Assembly: GCA_040905715.1 (NCBI GenBank)
Contig: JBBDRA010000003.1
Location: 395,095 to 459,094, forward strand
DNA length: 64,000 bases
Reading direction: 5' to 3'
Origin: Minisyncoccota bacterium
GTDB taxonomy: Bacteria; Patescibacteriota; Minisyncoccia; Phycocordibacterales; CSBR16-193
Shown here: positions 19,831 through 30,036 of the stretch, piece by piece
Layout: every line of letters starts with the position of its first letter
How positions within the stretch are numbered: the stretch's first letter is position 1
Program-made: the position numbers and the translations under genes
Notes under the pieces: model-generated
What the model was told of the DNA's origin: nothing
Seen by the model: only the letters and a program-made list of their open reading frames with translations
The model's database searches: none

Positions 19831-19864
19831 GAAAAAGACCTCGCACATGTGCGAGGTCTTTTTC
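19831..19864. terminator. Bidirectional intrinsic terminator
   Basis: GAAAAAGACCTCGCACATGTGCGAGGTCTTTTTC palindrome between rpmA and rplI. Confidence 0.85.
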
Positions 19865-19898
19865 TATATAATATAATATCTACCTTTGAATCAGATCG

Positions 19899-20363
19899 CT
19901 AAGCGGTAGTGGCTGCCTCTTCAGCAGCACTCACTACAACCGGAACCCCAAGTTCTTCCTCACCTACTGCCACCACGACCTTATACTCACCCACCTCCTT
20001 TACCTCCTTACCAACAGAGATCACTGACTCAGGTATTTCAACACCTGATCTTTCTGTAAGCGTCTGGGCGATATCAGCACTGTGAATGGCAGCAAAAAGG
20101 TGTCCCTTTTCATTAGCGGCAGCACTAAGAGTAATACCTGACTCCATAAGTGGCTTGAGAGCTGATTTTATAGCCTCAGAGCGCTCAGCAACAGCTACGG
20201 CATTCCTTTCGTGTCGTCTCTCAGCTTCGGCAAGGGCGCTCATGGTCGCAACCTCAGCCCGTTTCTGCGGAACGAGAAAATTAAGTGCGTAGCCTTTTGC
20301 CACCTCAATAATATCTCCTTTTCGGCCTAATTTTTTAACGTCTGTGGTAAGGATAACTTTCAT
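19899..20363 (-). CDS. rplI: 50S ribosomal protein L9
   Basis: MKVIL..DV..LG.KGDI.EV..GYA.NFL.P N-terminus. Confidence 0.97.
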   Translation of the reverse strand: MKVILTTDVKKLGRKGDIIEVAKGYALNFLVPQKRAEVATMSALAEAERRHERNAVAVAERSEAIKSALKPLMESGITLSAAANEKGHLFAAIHSADIAQTLTERSGVEIPESVISVGKEVKEVGEYKVVVAVGEEELGVPVVVSAAEEAATTA

Positions 20364-20563
20364 GATGTGTTATTAGTTCAGTTATATTGTGATTCTATAC
20401 TACACAGGAAACAGTAAAAGTAAACCCTAAAATGTATTTTAAAGCACTTTAGAGTTTGCTGTAACTACGCCTGCCTGCCGGCAGAGGCAGGCTTTCAACC
20501 GCTCCTCGCTGGTTGCAGTAAAGCTATACAACTCTACAGAACTCTCCTAACCTCCCGGCTTAA

Positions 20564-21796
20564 TTACTGATTAAGCAACTCAATAGCCTTATCCATCTGC
20601 GGGTCTACACCCTGCTGATACTGCTCCGGTGTACGCTCCACCTCGATCTGTGGAGTAAGGCCGGCTTCTGAGATCGAGTTTCCGCCTGGGGTTACCCATT
20701 GGGCAATCGTTACTTTTAGCGATGTTTTCGGATTACTTGTTATCTGCACCAATTCCTGAACCGACCCCTTTCCGAATGTTTGAGTACCTACAAGAGTTGC
20801 TTTTCCGTGCTCACTCAAAGCTCCGGCAAGAATTTCTGAGGCAGACGCAGACCCTCCATCTACGAGTATCGCTATTTCAACATCGTCGTCTACCACATTG
20901 TATCCTTTGCTTCGCCAAACCTGATCTTCACGTTTGTCTCCATAGTCTTCGCGAACAACAACACTTCCTTCCGGAAGAAAGTGGCTTGCCATGTCTACTG
21001 CTGCGGTAAGAAAGCCGCCCGGATTCTGACGTACATCAATGATTAACTTATCACTACCACTTTCGATAAAGCTTTTCATGCTCTGCCGAAAAAGCGAAGC
21101 AGATGGTTCAGAGAAATTATACAGCTCGATCACGTAAATACCGTCATTGCGCTCATACGCATTGATCGTCGGAATATCGATCGCGTCTCGAACCACAGGT
21201 ATTGTGAGCGGCTCTTCTTCTCCCTCGCGGATGATCGTAAATGTCACCGTAGTCCCTTTCTCGCCACGAATGATCTGCACCGCTTCATCCACAGCCATAT
21301 CTTGGGTAGACCTACCATCAATTTCAACGATCATATCTTGAGACTGAATACCCGCTCGTTTTGCCGGTGTTCCTTCAAGCGGTGCAATTACCGTCAAGAC
21401 ACCGTCACGCATGCCAACCTCCATCCCTACCCCTTCGAAGTTGCCGCTAATATCTTCCTCGAACGACTTATTGTCCTTTGGTGGTAAGAAAACCGTATAC
21501 GGGTCACCGAGCGAAGATGTTAAGCCCTGAATAGAGCCCCACAACTTTTCTTCAGCGGTTATCGTGCTTTCTGAGGATGTTCCCGCAGGAACATACTTTT
21601 CATCAATTGATTTCCAAGCGCGCCAGTACGCACTGAAATCAACATCATCAGACTTGTCCTGAGTGATATTCTTTAAACCGTTCGCTCGGTCGTCGCTGTT
21701 TTGATACAGGCCAACATAAACTCCGGTTCCAAATGAAAAGACCATCAGTCCGAGAGCTATAACCACAGAGAGTGTTTGTTTCCCGTATTGACTCAT
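20564..21796 (-). CDS. C-terminal processing protease (S41, PDZ domain)
   Basis: DPYT, GVG, D.RQNPGG, SASASEI and TFGKGSVQ motifs; start moved to ATG 21796. Confidence 0.93.
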   Translation of the reverse strand: MSQYGKQTLSVVIALGLMVFSFGTGVYVGLYQNSDDRANGLKNITQDKSDDVDFSAYWRAWKSIDEKYVPAGTSSESTITAEEKLWGSIQGLTSSLGDPYTVFLPPKDNKSFEEDISGNFEGVGMEVGMRDGVLTVIAPLEGTPAKRAGIQSQDMIVEIDGRSTQDMAVDEAVQIIRGEKGTTVTFTIIREGEEEPLTIPVVRDAIDIPTINAYERNDGIYVIELYNFSEPSASLFRQSMKSFIESGSDKLIIDVRQNPGGFLTAAVDMASHFLPEGSVVVREDYGDKREDQVWRSKGYNVVDDDVEIAILVDGGSASASEILAGALSEHGKATLVGTQTFGKGSVQELVQITSNPKTSLKVTIAQWVTPGGNSISEAGLTPQIEVERTPEQYQQGVDPQMDKAIELLNQ

Positions 21797-21859
21797 ACAC
21801 ACATGACATTGCTCATAAGTAATCAACTTATGATACCATAAATACAAAGCACACCAACT

Positions 21860-22777
21860 ATGCGACGAGACTACCAACACAACGGCGTTACCTGGATCGA
21901 CCTTCATCAACCAACTCACGAGGAGTTGCGAGAACTGATGAACGAAATAATGCTGTCTCCGGATATTATTAATGACTTATCCACTCCTTCGCCGCGTCCA
22001 ACCACGGAATTACACGGCGACCTCTTATACACTGCGTTTCTTTTTCCCGCCTTTCAGCACACCCACAAAGAAGGTGGCACAAAGCAAGAAATAGACTTTG
22101 TGCTTACTCAAAACACACTCATCACTGTTCACTATGACACGATCGATGCTCTCCACAAGTTCGGCAAGATGGTCGAGACTCGATCGATACTCAATAACAA
22201 AACAAGTCCTTCTACAAGCAGCTCCCTCTTTTTTGCACTACTTAAAAAACTCTATAAATCGGTATACCACGAGATAGAATACGCCGAAGATTGGCTTGAT
22301 CGTACCGAGGACGATATTTTTTCCGGTCAAGAGCGCGAGATGGTCACTACACTTTCCCAGATCAATCGTCGCTTCCTTGATATTAGAAAAACGATCCACC
22401 TCCACGACGAGCAGCTCCGCTCTCTGAAAGACGCATCTCATCACGTTGATCAAAACGATTTCGCTCACAATATTGACTCTTTGCTTGAGGAATACAGCAA
22501 GATACAGGAAACGATCGTCCACGATCTGGCTCTTGTACGTGAGCTTCAGGACACGAACAATTCACTTGTCCGAACGAAACAAAACGAGAGCATGCAAACT
22601 CTAACCTCTATCGCCTACATCGCACTTCCGATCACGCTTGTTGCGTCTATCTTTGGAATGAACGCATCCAACATGCCTATCGTTGGCGCCGCGTATGATT
22701 TCTGGTTCATACTGAGCATTATGGCTGTTTCTGCAGCCGTTCTCTTCCTTACCTTTAGAGGTAAAGGGTGGTTATAA
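21860..22777 (+). CDS. corA: CorA-family Mg2+/Co2+ transporter
   Basis: WIDL..P N-terminus, two C-terminal TM helices with the GMN motif. Confidence 0.9.
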   Translation: MRRDYQHNGVTWIDLHQPTHEELRELMNEIMLSPDIINDLSTPSPRPTTELHGDLLYTAFLFPAFQHTHKEGGTKQEIDFVLTQNTLITVHYDTIDALHKFGKMVETRSILNNKTSPSTSSSLFFALLKKLYKSVYHEIEYAEDWLDRTEDDIFSGQEREMVTTLSQINRRFLDIRKTIHLHDEQLRSLKDASHHVDQNDFAHNIDSLLEEYSKIQETIVHDLALVRELQDTNNSLVRTKQNESMQTLTSIAYIALPITLVASIFGMNASNMPIVGAAYDFWFILSIMAVSAAVLFLTFRGKGWL

Positions 22778-22850
22778 ATTATTTTTTCTATTTAATTACT
22801 AGAAAGAAGAAATGCCCGTATTCGACCGCATCCTGTGGTATCATTTCCCT

Positions 22851-24284
22851 ATGCTTACGCTATATAATGATCTGACAAACAAAAAGGAGGTATTCGAACC
22901 GCTCGATCCTCCACGAGTGACCATGTACAACTGCGGCCCGACCGTATACCACTATGCCCATATCGGTAATCTGCGCTCCTTTGTCTTTGCCGACACGCTA
23001 CGTCGTGCCCTGGAAAGCAACGGCTACACCGTTGACCAAGTTATCAACATTACCGATGTCGGTCATCTGACCGGTGACACTAACGATACCGGCGCTGACA
23101 AAATAGAAGCTCAAGCCAAAAGAGAGAACAAAACCGCAGAAGAGATAGCGCAATTCTACACCGACGCATTTCTTTGTGACCTTGATCATCTTGGTATTGA
23201 CCGGAATACCATTCGCTTCCCGATGGCGACCGCGCATATCGACCAGCAAATTGAACTCATCGAGCAACTAGAGAAAAAAGGAGTGACGTACGCTACCGAT
23301 GATGGCATTTACTTTGATACATCAGCCGCTGAGAACTATCCAAAACTTGGCACAATACAAGCGAGTGGTCTTCAGGCCGGAGCTCGAGTTGAGGAAAATA
23401 AACAAAAGCGACAACCGGCTGATTTTGCATTGTGGAAATTCTCCAAGACCAAAACACAACAGAGTGAAAAGCGGCTTCAAGAATGGAATTCACCATGGGG
23501 AGTAGGTTTTCCCGGCTGGCATCTTGAGTGTTCAGCAATGGCTATTCAATACCTAGGAGAGACCATTGATATTCACACCGGAGGAATCGATCTTGAGTTC
23601 CCTCACCACGCCAACGAGATCGCCCAGAGCGAATGCGCCACCGGTAAACCGTTCGCTCGCTACTGGCTTCACAGTGAACACCTTAATCTGAAGGGTGCAA
23701 AAATGGCCAAGTCTGATGGCAACATTATTACCCTTCAGGATCTGATACAAGACGGTATTCACCCTCTCTCGTACCGGTACTGGCTCTTGACCGCTCACTA
23801 CCGCTCACCGATCACATTTGACCCTGAAGCTGTCCTCGGAACCCAGCGAGCACTCGAACGGCTCAAGACACAGCTCGATCAACTCCCTCAGAAAGACACG
23901 GAGGGAAACACAAAGACTGACACGGTAGTACCGGAAGCATATCTGATCAAAATAACTGAAGCAATAAATGACGATCTTGACACGCCGACACTAACAGCTC
24001 TTATCTGGGAAACCCTCAAAGACACTGAACTAACCGGTATAGCAGAACGCTATACGGTTGAATACATTCTTGATCTCCTTGGCATTGACCTTGCTGACTT
24101 CTCCGGCAGAGAATCTATTGGCATTACCGAACTTCCTCCAGAAGTAGCTGAACTTGCACAGGAACGTGAAAACGCTCGTGCATCTAAAGACTTCGACCGT
24201 GCAGACAAACTCCGTGCAGATATTAAACAAGCCGGCTATGAGATCCACGACACCGAAACCGGACCTGAATTCACCCACGTCTAA
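22851..24284 (+). CDS. cysS: Cysteine--tRNA ligase
   Basis: CGPTVY..HIGN, DFALWK, GFPGWHLECS, KMAKS and DALR-like C-terminus. Confidence 0.97.
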   Translation: MLTLYNDLTNKKEVFEPLDPPRVTMYNCGPTVYHYAHIGNLRSFVFADTLRRALESNGYTVDQVINITDVGHLTGDTNDTGADKIEAQAKRENKTAEEIAQFYTDAFLCDLDHLGIDRNTIRFPMATAHIDQQIELIEQLEKKGVTYATDDGIYFDTSAAENYPKLGTIQASGLQAGARVEENKQKRQPADFALWKFSKTKTQQSEKRLQEWNSPWGVGFPGWHLECSAMAIQYLGETIDIHTGGIDLEFPHHANEIAQSECATGKPFARYWLHSEHLNLKGAKMAKSDGNIITLQDLIQDGIHPLSYRYWLLTAHYRSPITFDPEAVLGTQRALERLKTQLDQLPQKDTEGNTKTDTVVPEAYLIKITEAINDDLDTPTLTALIWETLKDTELTGIAERYTVEYILDLLGIDLADFSGRESIGITELPPEVAELAQERENARASKDFDRADKLRADIKQAGYEIHDTETGPEFTHV

Positions 24285-24988
24285 ATAGTATTTATCTTCT
24301 CGAAAGAATCTGACGAGAAGTACTGCTCTGCCCTTTCGATATCTTCCGGGGAGGTCATTTGCATCCAAAACTGTGACTCAACCAATGCGATAAGATGACC
24401 GTCCTTTGCGGCAGACAAAATAGTTTGCGGCAACCCGTATTCATCCTTACCCGGTAATTTTACAAGATCGTACGAGAAAATATCTGGCTGCAACACGAAC
24501 ATACCAATGTTCACTGTTCCATTTTTCACCTGATGCACTCCCTCAACAATATCGGCAAGCGTACCGTCGTCATTCAACGTCACGCGACCTCCCCGCTCAA
24601 GATACGGCAGTGTCGTTACTCCCATTGACCAGCCATGCCCTAAAAGCGCTTCCATGTCCTGCCGACAGTAAATGTCATCGCCCATCATCACAAGAAAACG
24701 CTCAGTGAGATGCTCACGCGCCTTCCAAAGCGCTCCGCCGGTTCCGTCAAGCACATCAGTATGAACGTAGGTTATTTTGCGTCCGTCGTAGGAATCGCCA
24801 AAATGTGAGCGAACCTGGTCGCCGTGATATCCGACCACAAGCACCACCTCATCGATCTCACCGGGCATCATTGCTATTTTGTGCTCCAGCAATGTCTTTC
24901 CTGCAACCTGAAGCATGGGTTTCGGTGTATCCTCAGTCAAGTGAAGCATGCGTTTTCCGCGCCCGGCTGCAAGAATAACTGCTTTCAT
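24281..24988 (-). CDS. Sugar-phosphate nucleotidyltransferase
   Basis: AVILAAGRGKRM..LT..TPKP, GTGGAL and GDD motifs. Confidence 0.88.
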   Translation of the reverse strand: MKAVILAAGRGKRMLHLTEDTPKPMLQVAGKTLLEHKIAMMPGEIDEVVLVVGYHGDQVRSHFGDSYDGRKITYVHTDVLDGTGGALWKAREHLTERFLVMMGDDIYCRQDMEALLGHGWSMGVTTLPYLERGGRVTLNDDGTLADIVEGVHQVKNGTVNIGMFVLQPDIFSYDLVKLPGKDEYGLPQTILSAAKDGHLIALVESQFWMQMTSPEDIERAEQYFSSDSFEKINTI

Positions 24989-25166
24989 ACGTGAAGGTAA
25001 GTGCTCATCTTATATACGGGTAACTATTCATCTATACTACCATATTTAAGCATGCGCACATCACACGCTACGCACAGAGTTCTGACTATACACATATTAA
25101 CCACACGCTCTCCCCCATCACTTTTTGAAAGCGTCATCCAGCATGGTAGGATACATACGACTTCAT

Positions 25167-26564
25167 ATGAGCACCACGGTAACTACACCCAAAAAAAGTA
25201 CGAGCGGACTGCGCGTCCCCCCGCAAAATATCGAGAGTGAACAAGCTTTGATCGGCTCTATTCTACTACGTCCGGAGGCCATGTACGAAGTGACCGATAT
25301 GGTAACCGCAAACTCTTTCTACGCCGATAAGCACCGCCTCATCTACGAGGCAATGATCGAGCTGTTTCAAAAACATGAACCGATCGACATGCTCTCGCTT
25401 TCAAACCGTCTCAAGGAAAAAGGTATACTTGACCAGATCGGTGGCAACGAGTATCTGACCGATCTCACAAACGCGGTCCCTTCCTCAGCCAACCTGAAAT
25501 ATTACGCCAAGTTAATACAGAAGAAATTCATGATGCGTGGTCTGATCGATGCTTCAGAGTTTATCGGTGCACTTGGGTACGATGACAACAGCGAACTCGA
25601 AGAGATCCTGGACAAGGCCGAAAAACGTATTTATGAACTCAGCAACGCTTCAGCAACGCACAAATTTGTTGAGATGAAGGACGAACTTACAGAGGCCTGG
25701 GAACGCCTCGACAAACTTCACAATTCAAAAGAAGATATTCGAGGTGTACCGACCGGCTTTCCAGCAATTGATAATACTATTGCCGGCCTACAGCCTTCTG
25801 ATCTTATTATTTTAGCCGCTCGTCCTTCCATGGGTAAGACCGCACTCGCACTTGATATCGCCCGCCAGGCTGCCGTTAACCATAATGTATCAGTTGGTAT
25901 CTTCTCACTCGAAATGAGCTCTCAGCAACTCGTAGACCGTATGCTCGCTGCCCAGGCTCTTGTTGATGCCTGGAAACTGCGTACCGGCAAACTCACCAGC
26001 GACGAGGATTTCAAATCGATTCAAGAATCCCTCGACAAGCTCTCTCGAGCACCTATCTATATTGACGACGAGGCAACCAACAACATCCTTAAGATGCGCT
26101 CTGTAGCCCGTCGGCTCAAGAGTGAAAAAGGGCTCGACCTTATCATCGTGGACTACCTGCAGCTTATGCAACCAATTGAATCACGAGGTAGCGACTCGAC
26201 CGTCCAGCAAATTACTGAGATCTCGCGAAGCTTGAAGCAGCTCGCACGTGAACTCGATGTGCCCGTTCTGGCTCTCTCTCAGCTTTCTCGTGCTGTTGAA
26301 CAGCGCGGCGGTCGACCGAAGCTATCTGACCTTCGTGATTCCGGTGCGATTGAGCAAGATGCCGATGTCGTGATGTTCATTCATCGTGAGAAGGGGCACG
26401 AGGCAGACGAGGACAACGACAACATTGCTGAAATCCTGATCGAAAAACACCGAAACGGTCCGACCGGTATCGCTCAGCTCCATTTCAATGACAAAAAATC
26501 TACCTTCCAGAGTATAGAGAAAGGTCAGTATGCCGGAGTCGAAGATGAATTCGCTAGCTTTTAA
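25167..26564 (+). CDS. dnaB: Replicative DNA helicase
   Basis: PPQN.E.EQ, AARPSMGKT, DYLQL, LSQLSR, SDLRDSGAIEQDAD and KHRNG motifs. Confidence 0.98.
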   Translation: MSTTVTTPKKSTSGLRVPPQNIESEQALIGSILLRPEAMYEVTDMVTANSFYADKHRLIYEAMIELFQKHEPIDMLSLSNRLKEKGILDQIGGNEYLTDLTNAVPSSANLKYYAKLIQKKFMMRGLIDASEFIGALGYDDNSELEEILDKAEKRIYELSNASATHKFVEMKDELTEAWERLDKLHNSKEDIRGVPTGFPAIDNTIAGLQPSDLIILAARPSMGKTALALDIARQAAVNHNVSVGIFSLEMSSQQLVDRMLAAQALVDAWKLRTGKLTSDEDFKSIQESLDKLSRAPIYIDDEATNNILKMRSVARRLKSEKGLDLIIVDYLQLMQPIESRGSDSTVQQITEISRSLKQLARELDVPVLALSQLSRAVEQRGGRPKLSDLRDSGAIEQDADVVMFIHREKGHEADEDNDNIAEILIEKHRNGPTGIAQLHFNDKKSTFQSIEKGQYAGVEDEFASF

Positions 26565-26610
26565 ATTAGACTCTACCGGCAGACAGAGTCTAATATCTAA
26601 CGTCTAACGC

Positions 26611-27240
26611 ATGTCTTCATTCGACAAACTTCAACAACTTCTTACAGAGCTTCCCGGCATTGGTCCACGTCAAGCGCAGCGTTTTGCTACTTTTCTTACC
26701 CGAAAAAACAGTGCCTACATCAATCAGCTTATACACGCACTGAATGATACCCGGTCGCACATGAAGCTCTGTACCGACAGCTATATGCTTTTTTATGCGA
26801 CAGACCCCAAACAAACACTTTCCCCTATTGCCCGCGATACCAATCGAGAAAAGAGTCAACTTCTCATTGTTGAAAAAGATGTTGACGTGACCCAGATCGA
26901 GCGAAGTAATTCGTATCACGGTCACTATTTCGTCATCGGCGGAACTGTTCCCTTTGTTGAATCAGATCCAAAGCAACAGATCCGTCTCAATGAGTTAAAA
27001 GCAGTGATCGAACGCAAAGTACCGGAAGGATTGAACGAGATAATACTCGGACTCTCAGCTACCCCTGAGAGCGAGCACACAGCAGCAATCCTCAAGGCAG
27101 AGCTTCAACCGATCGCTGAAAAAAATACCCTCACTATTTCCACACTCGGTCGCGGGCTTTCCACCGGTACCGAACTCGAGTACTCCGACGAGAATACGAT
27201 CAAATACGCGCTCAAAAATCGACAGTCTAGTGGTCAATAG
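26611..27240 (+). CDS. recR: Recombination mediator RecR (zinc finger degenerate)
   Basis: LPGIGPRQAQR HhH, Toprim domain (IVEK..D) and RGL..G.ELEY.D motif. Confidence 0.93.
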   Translation: MSSFDKLQQLLTELPGIGPRQAQRFATFLTRKNSAYINQLIHALNDTRSHMKLCTDSYMLFYATDPKQTLSPIARDTNREKSQLLIVEKDVDVTQIERSNSYHGHYFVIGGTVPFVESDPKQQIRLNELKAVIERKVPEGLNEIILGLSATPESEHTAAILKAELQPIAEKNTLTISTLGRGLSTGTELEYSDENTIKYALKNRQSSGQ

Positions 27241-27317
27241 CTACTTGATAATAGGTATCCCCACACTACGGTCGAAACTCCGACCCGAAGGGGTGTCAAC
27301 GTGGCATGTTGACACAC

Positions 27318-27349
27318 AAATGTCCTAACCCAGGGTTAGGACATTTTTT
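27318..27349. terminator. Intrinsic terminator, third of three adjacent hairpins
   Basis: AAATGTCCTAACC-CAG-GGTTAGGACATTTTTT. Confidence 0.7.
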
Positions 27350-27404
27350 ATACTAAAAAATCCGCTTCCGCGGATCCTTGCGCCTAAAGCCAAAAGCCTA
27401 ATGC

Positions 27405-27848
27405 CTATCTAATTGCTTCGATCTTCACCTTTATAAATTGCTGACGGTGTCCTTTCTGCTTGAAGTAACGACTCTTTGATTTATACTTGATAACATCTAC
27501 CTTCTTTGAGCGGCCTTTTGACTCGTAGATACCTTCAACTTTTGCTTTTTCAATAAATGGAGTACCGATCGTTGTGTCGCTTCCATTGTCAACAAAGAGT
27601 ACATTCTCAAATACTACTTTGTCTCCTTCTTTGAGCTCGTCGTTAAGCTTTTCAATAGTAATACTATCTCCCACAGCAACACTGTATTGCTTGCCACCAG
27701 TTTCGATAACCGCGAACTCGTCTGAGTTAGTCTTTGTTGCAGTCTTCTTCTTTGCTTCTTTTTTCGGGGCAGCTTTTTTTACAGCTGTCTTTTTAGAAGC
27801 TGTTTTGCTCGTTGATTTCTTGGTTGCTTTTGTCTTTTTCTCTGCCAT
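27405..27848 (-). CDS. rplU: 50S ribosomal protein L21 with a Lys/Ala/Thr-rich N-terminal extension
   Basis: FAVIETGGKQY, GTP and GHRQ motifs. Confidence 0.96.
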   Translation of the reverse strand: MAEKKTKATKKSTSKTASKKTAVKKAAPKKEAKKKTATKTNSDEFAVIETGGKQYSVAVGDSITIEKLNDELKEGDKVVFENVLFVDNGSDTTIGTPFIEKAKVEGIYESKGRSKKVDVIKYKSKSRYFKQKGHRQQFIKVKIEAIR

Positions 27849-27898
27849 ATATGTCTCGCTATTGTACATATTCCCTCAAAAAACGCAACATCTCGCCT

Positions 27899-28993
27899 CT
27901 ATTCTTCCCGCTCTTGGGGTCTGTCCAGCTGCATCCCCTCAACTCCACTTGCCACACCGGTGATCTTAGTCACATCCTTATCTATTTTTACCAACTCTTT
28001 ATCAGCAGCATTATAATGGTTTACGGTTGTTGAGAGTGACTTACCGATCTTTTTAAAATACTCATCATACCGATTAATATGACGTGAAAGTTCACCAACA
28101 TTCTTCTGTATTTGCTCGGCATTCTTTTCTATTTTAAAAGCATTAAAGCCATAGAGCACGGACTGTAAATACGCATAGAACGTAGTCGGTGAGACAATGA
28201 TCACTTTTTTGTCGTTCATTGCATAATCAACGAGGTTGCGAGCATTAACATCCAGCCCGCCGACTCTATTGACCAAAAGATCGTAATAAATCCCCTCCGC
28301 CGGTATGAACATGAACGCAAACGGCAGTGTTCCCTCCTTGGGCTTTATATACTTTGCAGTCTCATCTATACGTTTCTTGAGATCGTCCTTGAACTGTTTA
28401 ATGAACTGGTCCCGGCGCATTTCATCTTTCTCATTCGATAACTGACTGTAGCTTTCAAGCGAAAATTTAGCGTCCACTGGAATAATACCGTCACGTGCGT
28501 GAATGACAGCGTCGACCGCGGTGCCGTCGTCAAATCGATACTGAAGCTCATATACATCCGGGGGCAATATATTAGAAAGAATAAGGTCAAGACTGGCCTC
28601 CCCAAAATTTCCCCGCTCCTTCTGGCTTTTGAGCGTTCGCTGCAGATCTTGCAACTGCTCCGCAACCGTGAATATCTGATTTGAGCGCTCTTTCATCTCC
28701 ACCTGACCTTTTGAAACTTCGCTCAACTGCTTATTTACCTGTTCATTGATCTGCTGTATGAGTCGCTGTGAGTCATGGAACTGATTACGCACCGTATCAC
28801 TCATCTGCTTCGAGGTCTCGCCGATCTTGCTGTCGACCACCTTAGAAAGCTCATTCATCTGCTGAAGCACCAGCTCTAGCCCTTCCCCTTTTGGCGCCTG
28901 CTGCTTAAGCTGACGAAGTATGAGCCAACCGACGAACCCCACGGCTGCCATAATAGCGACACCAACAAATACAATCAATGTAGTCTCTGACAT
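27899..28993 (-). CDS. rmuC: DNA recombination protein RmuC
   Basis: TM helix plus coiled coil, RGNFGE, VDAKF, FMFIP.E and SPTT motifs. Confidence 0.93.
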   Translation of the reverse strand: MSETTLIVFVGVAIMAAVGFVGWLILRQLKQQAPKGEGLELVLQQMNELSKVVDSKIGETSKQMSDTVRNQFHDSQRLIQQINEQVNKQLSEVSKGQVEMKERSNQIFTVAEQLQDLQRTLKSQKERGNFGEASLDLILSNILPPDVYELQYRFDDGTAVDAVIHARDGIIPVDAKFSLESYSQLSNEKDEMRRDQFIKQFKDDLKKRIDETAKYIKPKEGTLPFAFMFIPAEGIYYDLLVNRVGGLDVNARNLVDYAMNDKKVIIVSPTTFYAYLQSVLYGFNAFKIEKNAEQIQKNVGELSRHINRYDEYFKKIGKSLSTTVNHYNAADKELVKIDKDVTKITGVASGVEGMQLDRPQEREE

Positions 28994-29043
28994 AGTGTGG
29001 TAAAGTATATCATGTATAGACATTTCATCTAATCACCACCTAT

Positions 29044-29502
29044 ATGTCACTTCAGCAACAAATAAAAGACGACCTCAAAGCATCAATGCGCGAGAAAAAC
29101 GCAGTAAAAGTAAGCGTACTCCGCAATATAACCAGCGAGATAACCAACCAACTTCTTAAGGAAGGTCAGACCCCACAAGGAGCACTCGCCGACGAAAGCG
29201 TTCAGAACGTCATTGAGCGTCTGGCTAAACAGCGTCGCGAATCAGTTCAACAATATGAGCAGAACGATCGACCAGAGGCAGCCCTACAGGAAAAGCAAGA
29301 ACTAGAGGTACTTGAAGCCTATCTTCCCGAAAAAATGAGCGAAGATGAGGTACGTGTCATTGTTATAGAAAAGATCAAAGAGACTGGCGCAAGCTCTCCT
29401 TCAGATATAGGTAAAGTAATGGGTCCGATAATGCAAGCCCTAAAAGGTAAAGCCGACGGTGAAACAGTAAAGAAAGTGGTAACAGAGGAACTGTCAGCCT
29501 AG
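29044..29502 (+). CDS. GatB/YqeY domain protein
   Basis: KQRRES..QY...R...A..E..EL.VL..YLP and GKVMG....KGKADG motifs. Confidence 0.92.
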   Translation: MSLQQQIKDDLKASMREKNAVKVSVLRNITSEITNQLLKEGQTPQGALADESVQNVIERLAKQRRESVQQYEQNDRPEAALQEKQELEVLEAYLPEKMSEDEVRVIVIEKIKETGASSPSDIGKVMGPIMQALKGKADGETVKKVVTEELSA

Positions 29503-29595
29503 ATTGACAGTCTTTTATAATAGTCGTAGTATTATAACGGGGTACACATCGTAGTGTACAGCACATGACAGTGACAATTTCTGAAGGGGCTCACC

Positions 29596-29778
29596 ATGAG
29601 CGAACGAAACGATGACCAAGCTCCGCGCCCGGAAGAGGATGGCAAAGGTCTCCTGGAGGCGCTTGAAAACTCCACTCAAGGACTGTCCGATGATTGGCTC
29701 TTTCCAGGCGCCACCGGAAGAAAACGCTCGTCTCCCCTTACTCCCAATGACGAACTCGACAGACAATCTGCGGGTTAA
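29596..29778 (+). CDS. Hypothetical small acidic protein
   Basis: AAGGGG SD and upstream TTGACA promoter; no recognisable motif. Confidence 0.35.
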   Translation: MSERNDDQAPRPEEDGKGLLEALENSTQGLSDDWLFPGATGRKRSSPLTPNDELDRQSAG

Positions 29779-29799
29779 ACATTTGTACGGAGATCTGAC

Positions 29800-30036
29800 A
29801 TGTACCACGGCAGACAGGAAACTGCTTCGCTCGACCGATTTGATATCGCGCGCGAGGTGGTACGGAATCGAAACGCACGACGGAGAGACGACAGGCCACT
29901 GATAGAGCTAGGTACCCACATTAGAGAAGTGCTTCGAATGCACTCTCTTGATGCGGGTGACGTAGCTCTTATCCGGTCCGTCCGTCGGGCGGTTCTAGAT
30001 CAAGAAGAAGATCGTTCCGGTTTGTTCCCCGGATAA
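29800..30036 (+). CDS. Hypothetical small protein
   Basis: GGAG SD; 3' end overlaps the convergent glycosylase gene. Confidence 0.4.
   Translation: MYHGRQETASLDRFDIAREVVRNRNARRRDDRPLIELGTHIREVLRMHSLDAGDVALIRSVRRAVLDQEEDRSGLFPG

Noticed and set aside
20469-20492. GCCTGCCTGCCGGCAGAGGCAGGC palindrome
   Set aside because: Looks like an ordinary short REP-like or terminator hairpin; single clear copy in this window
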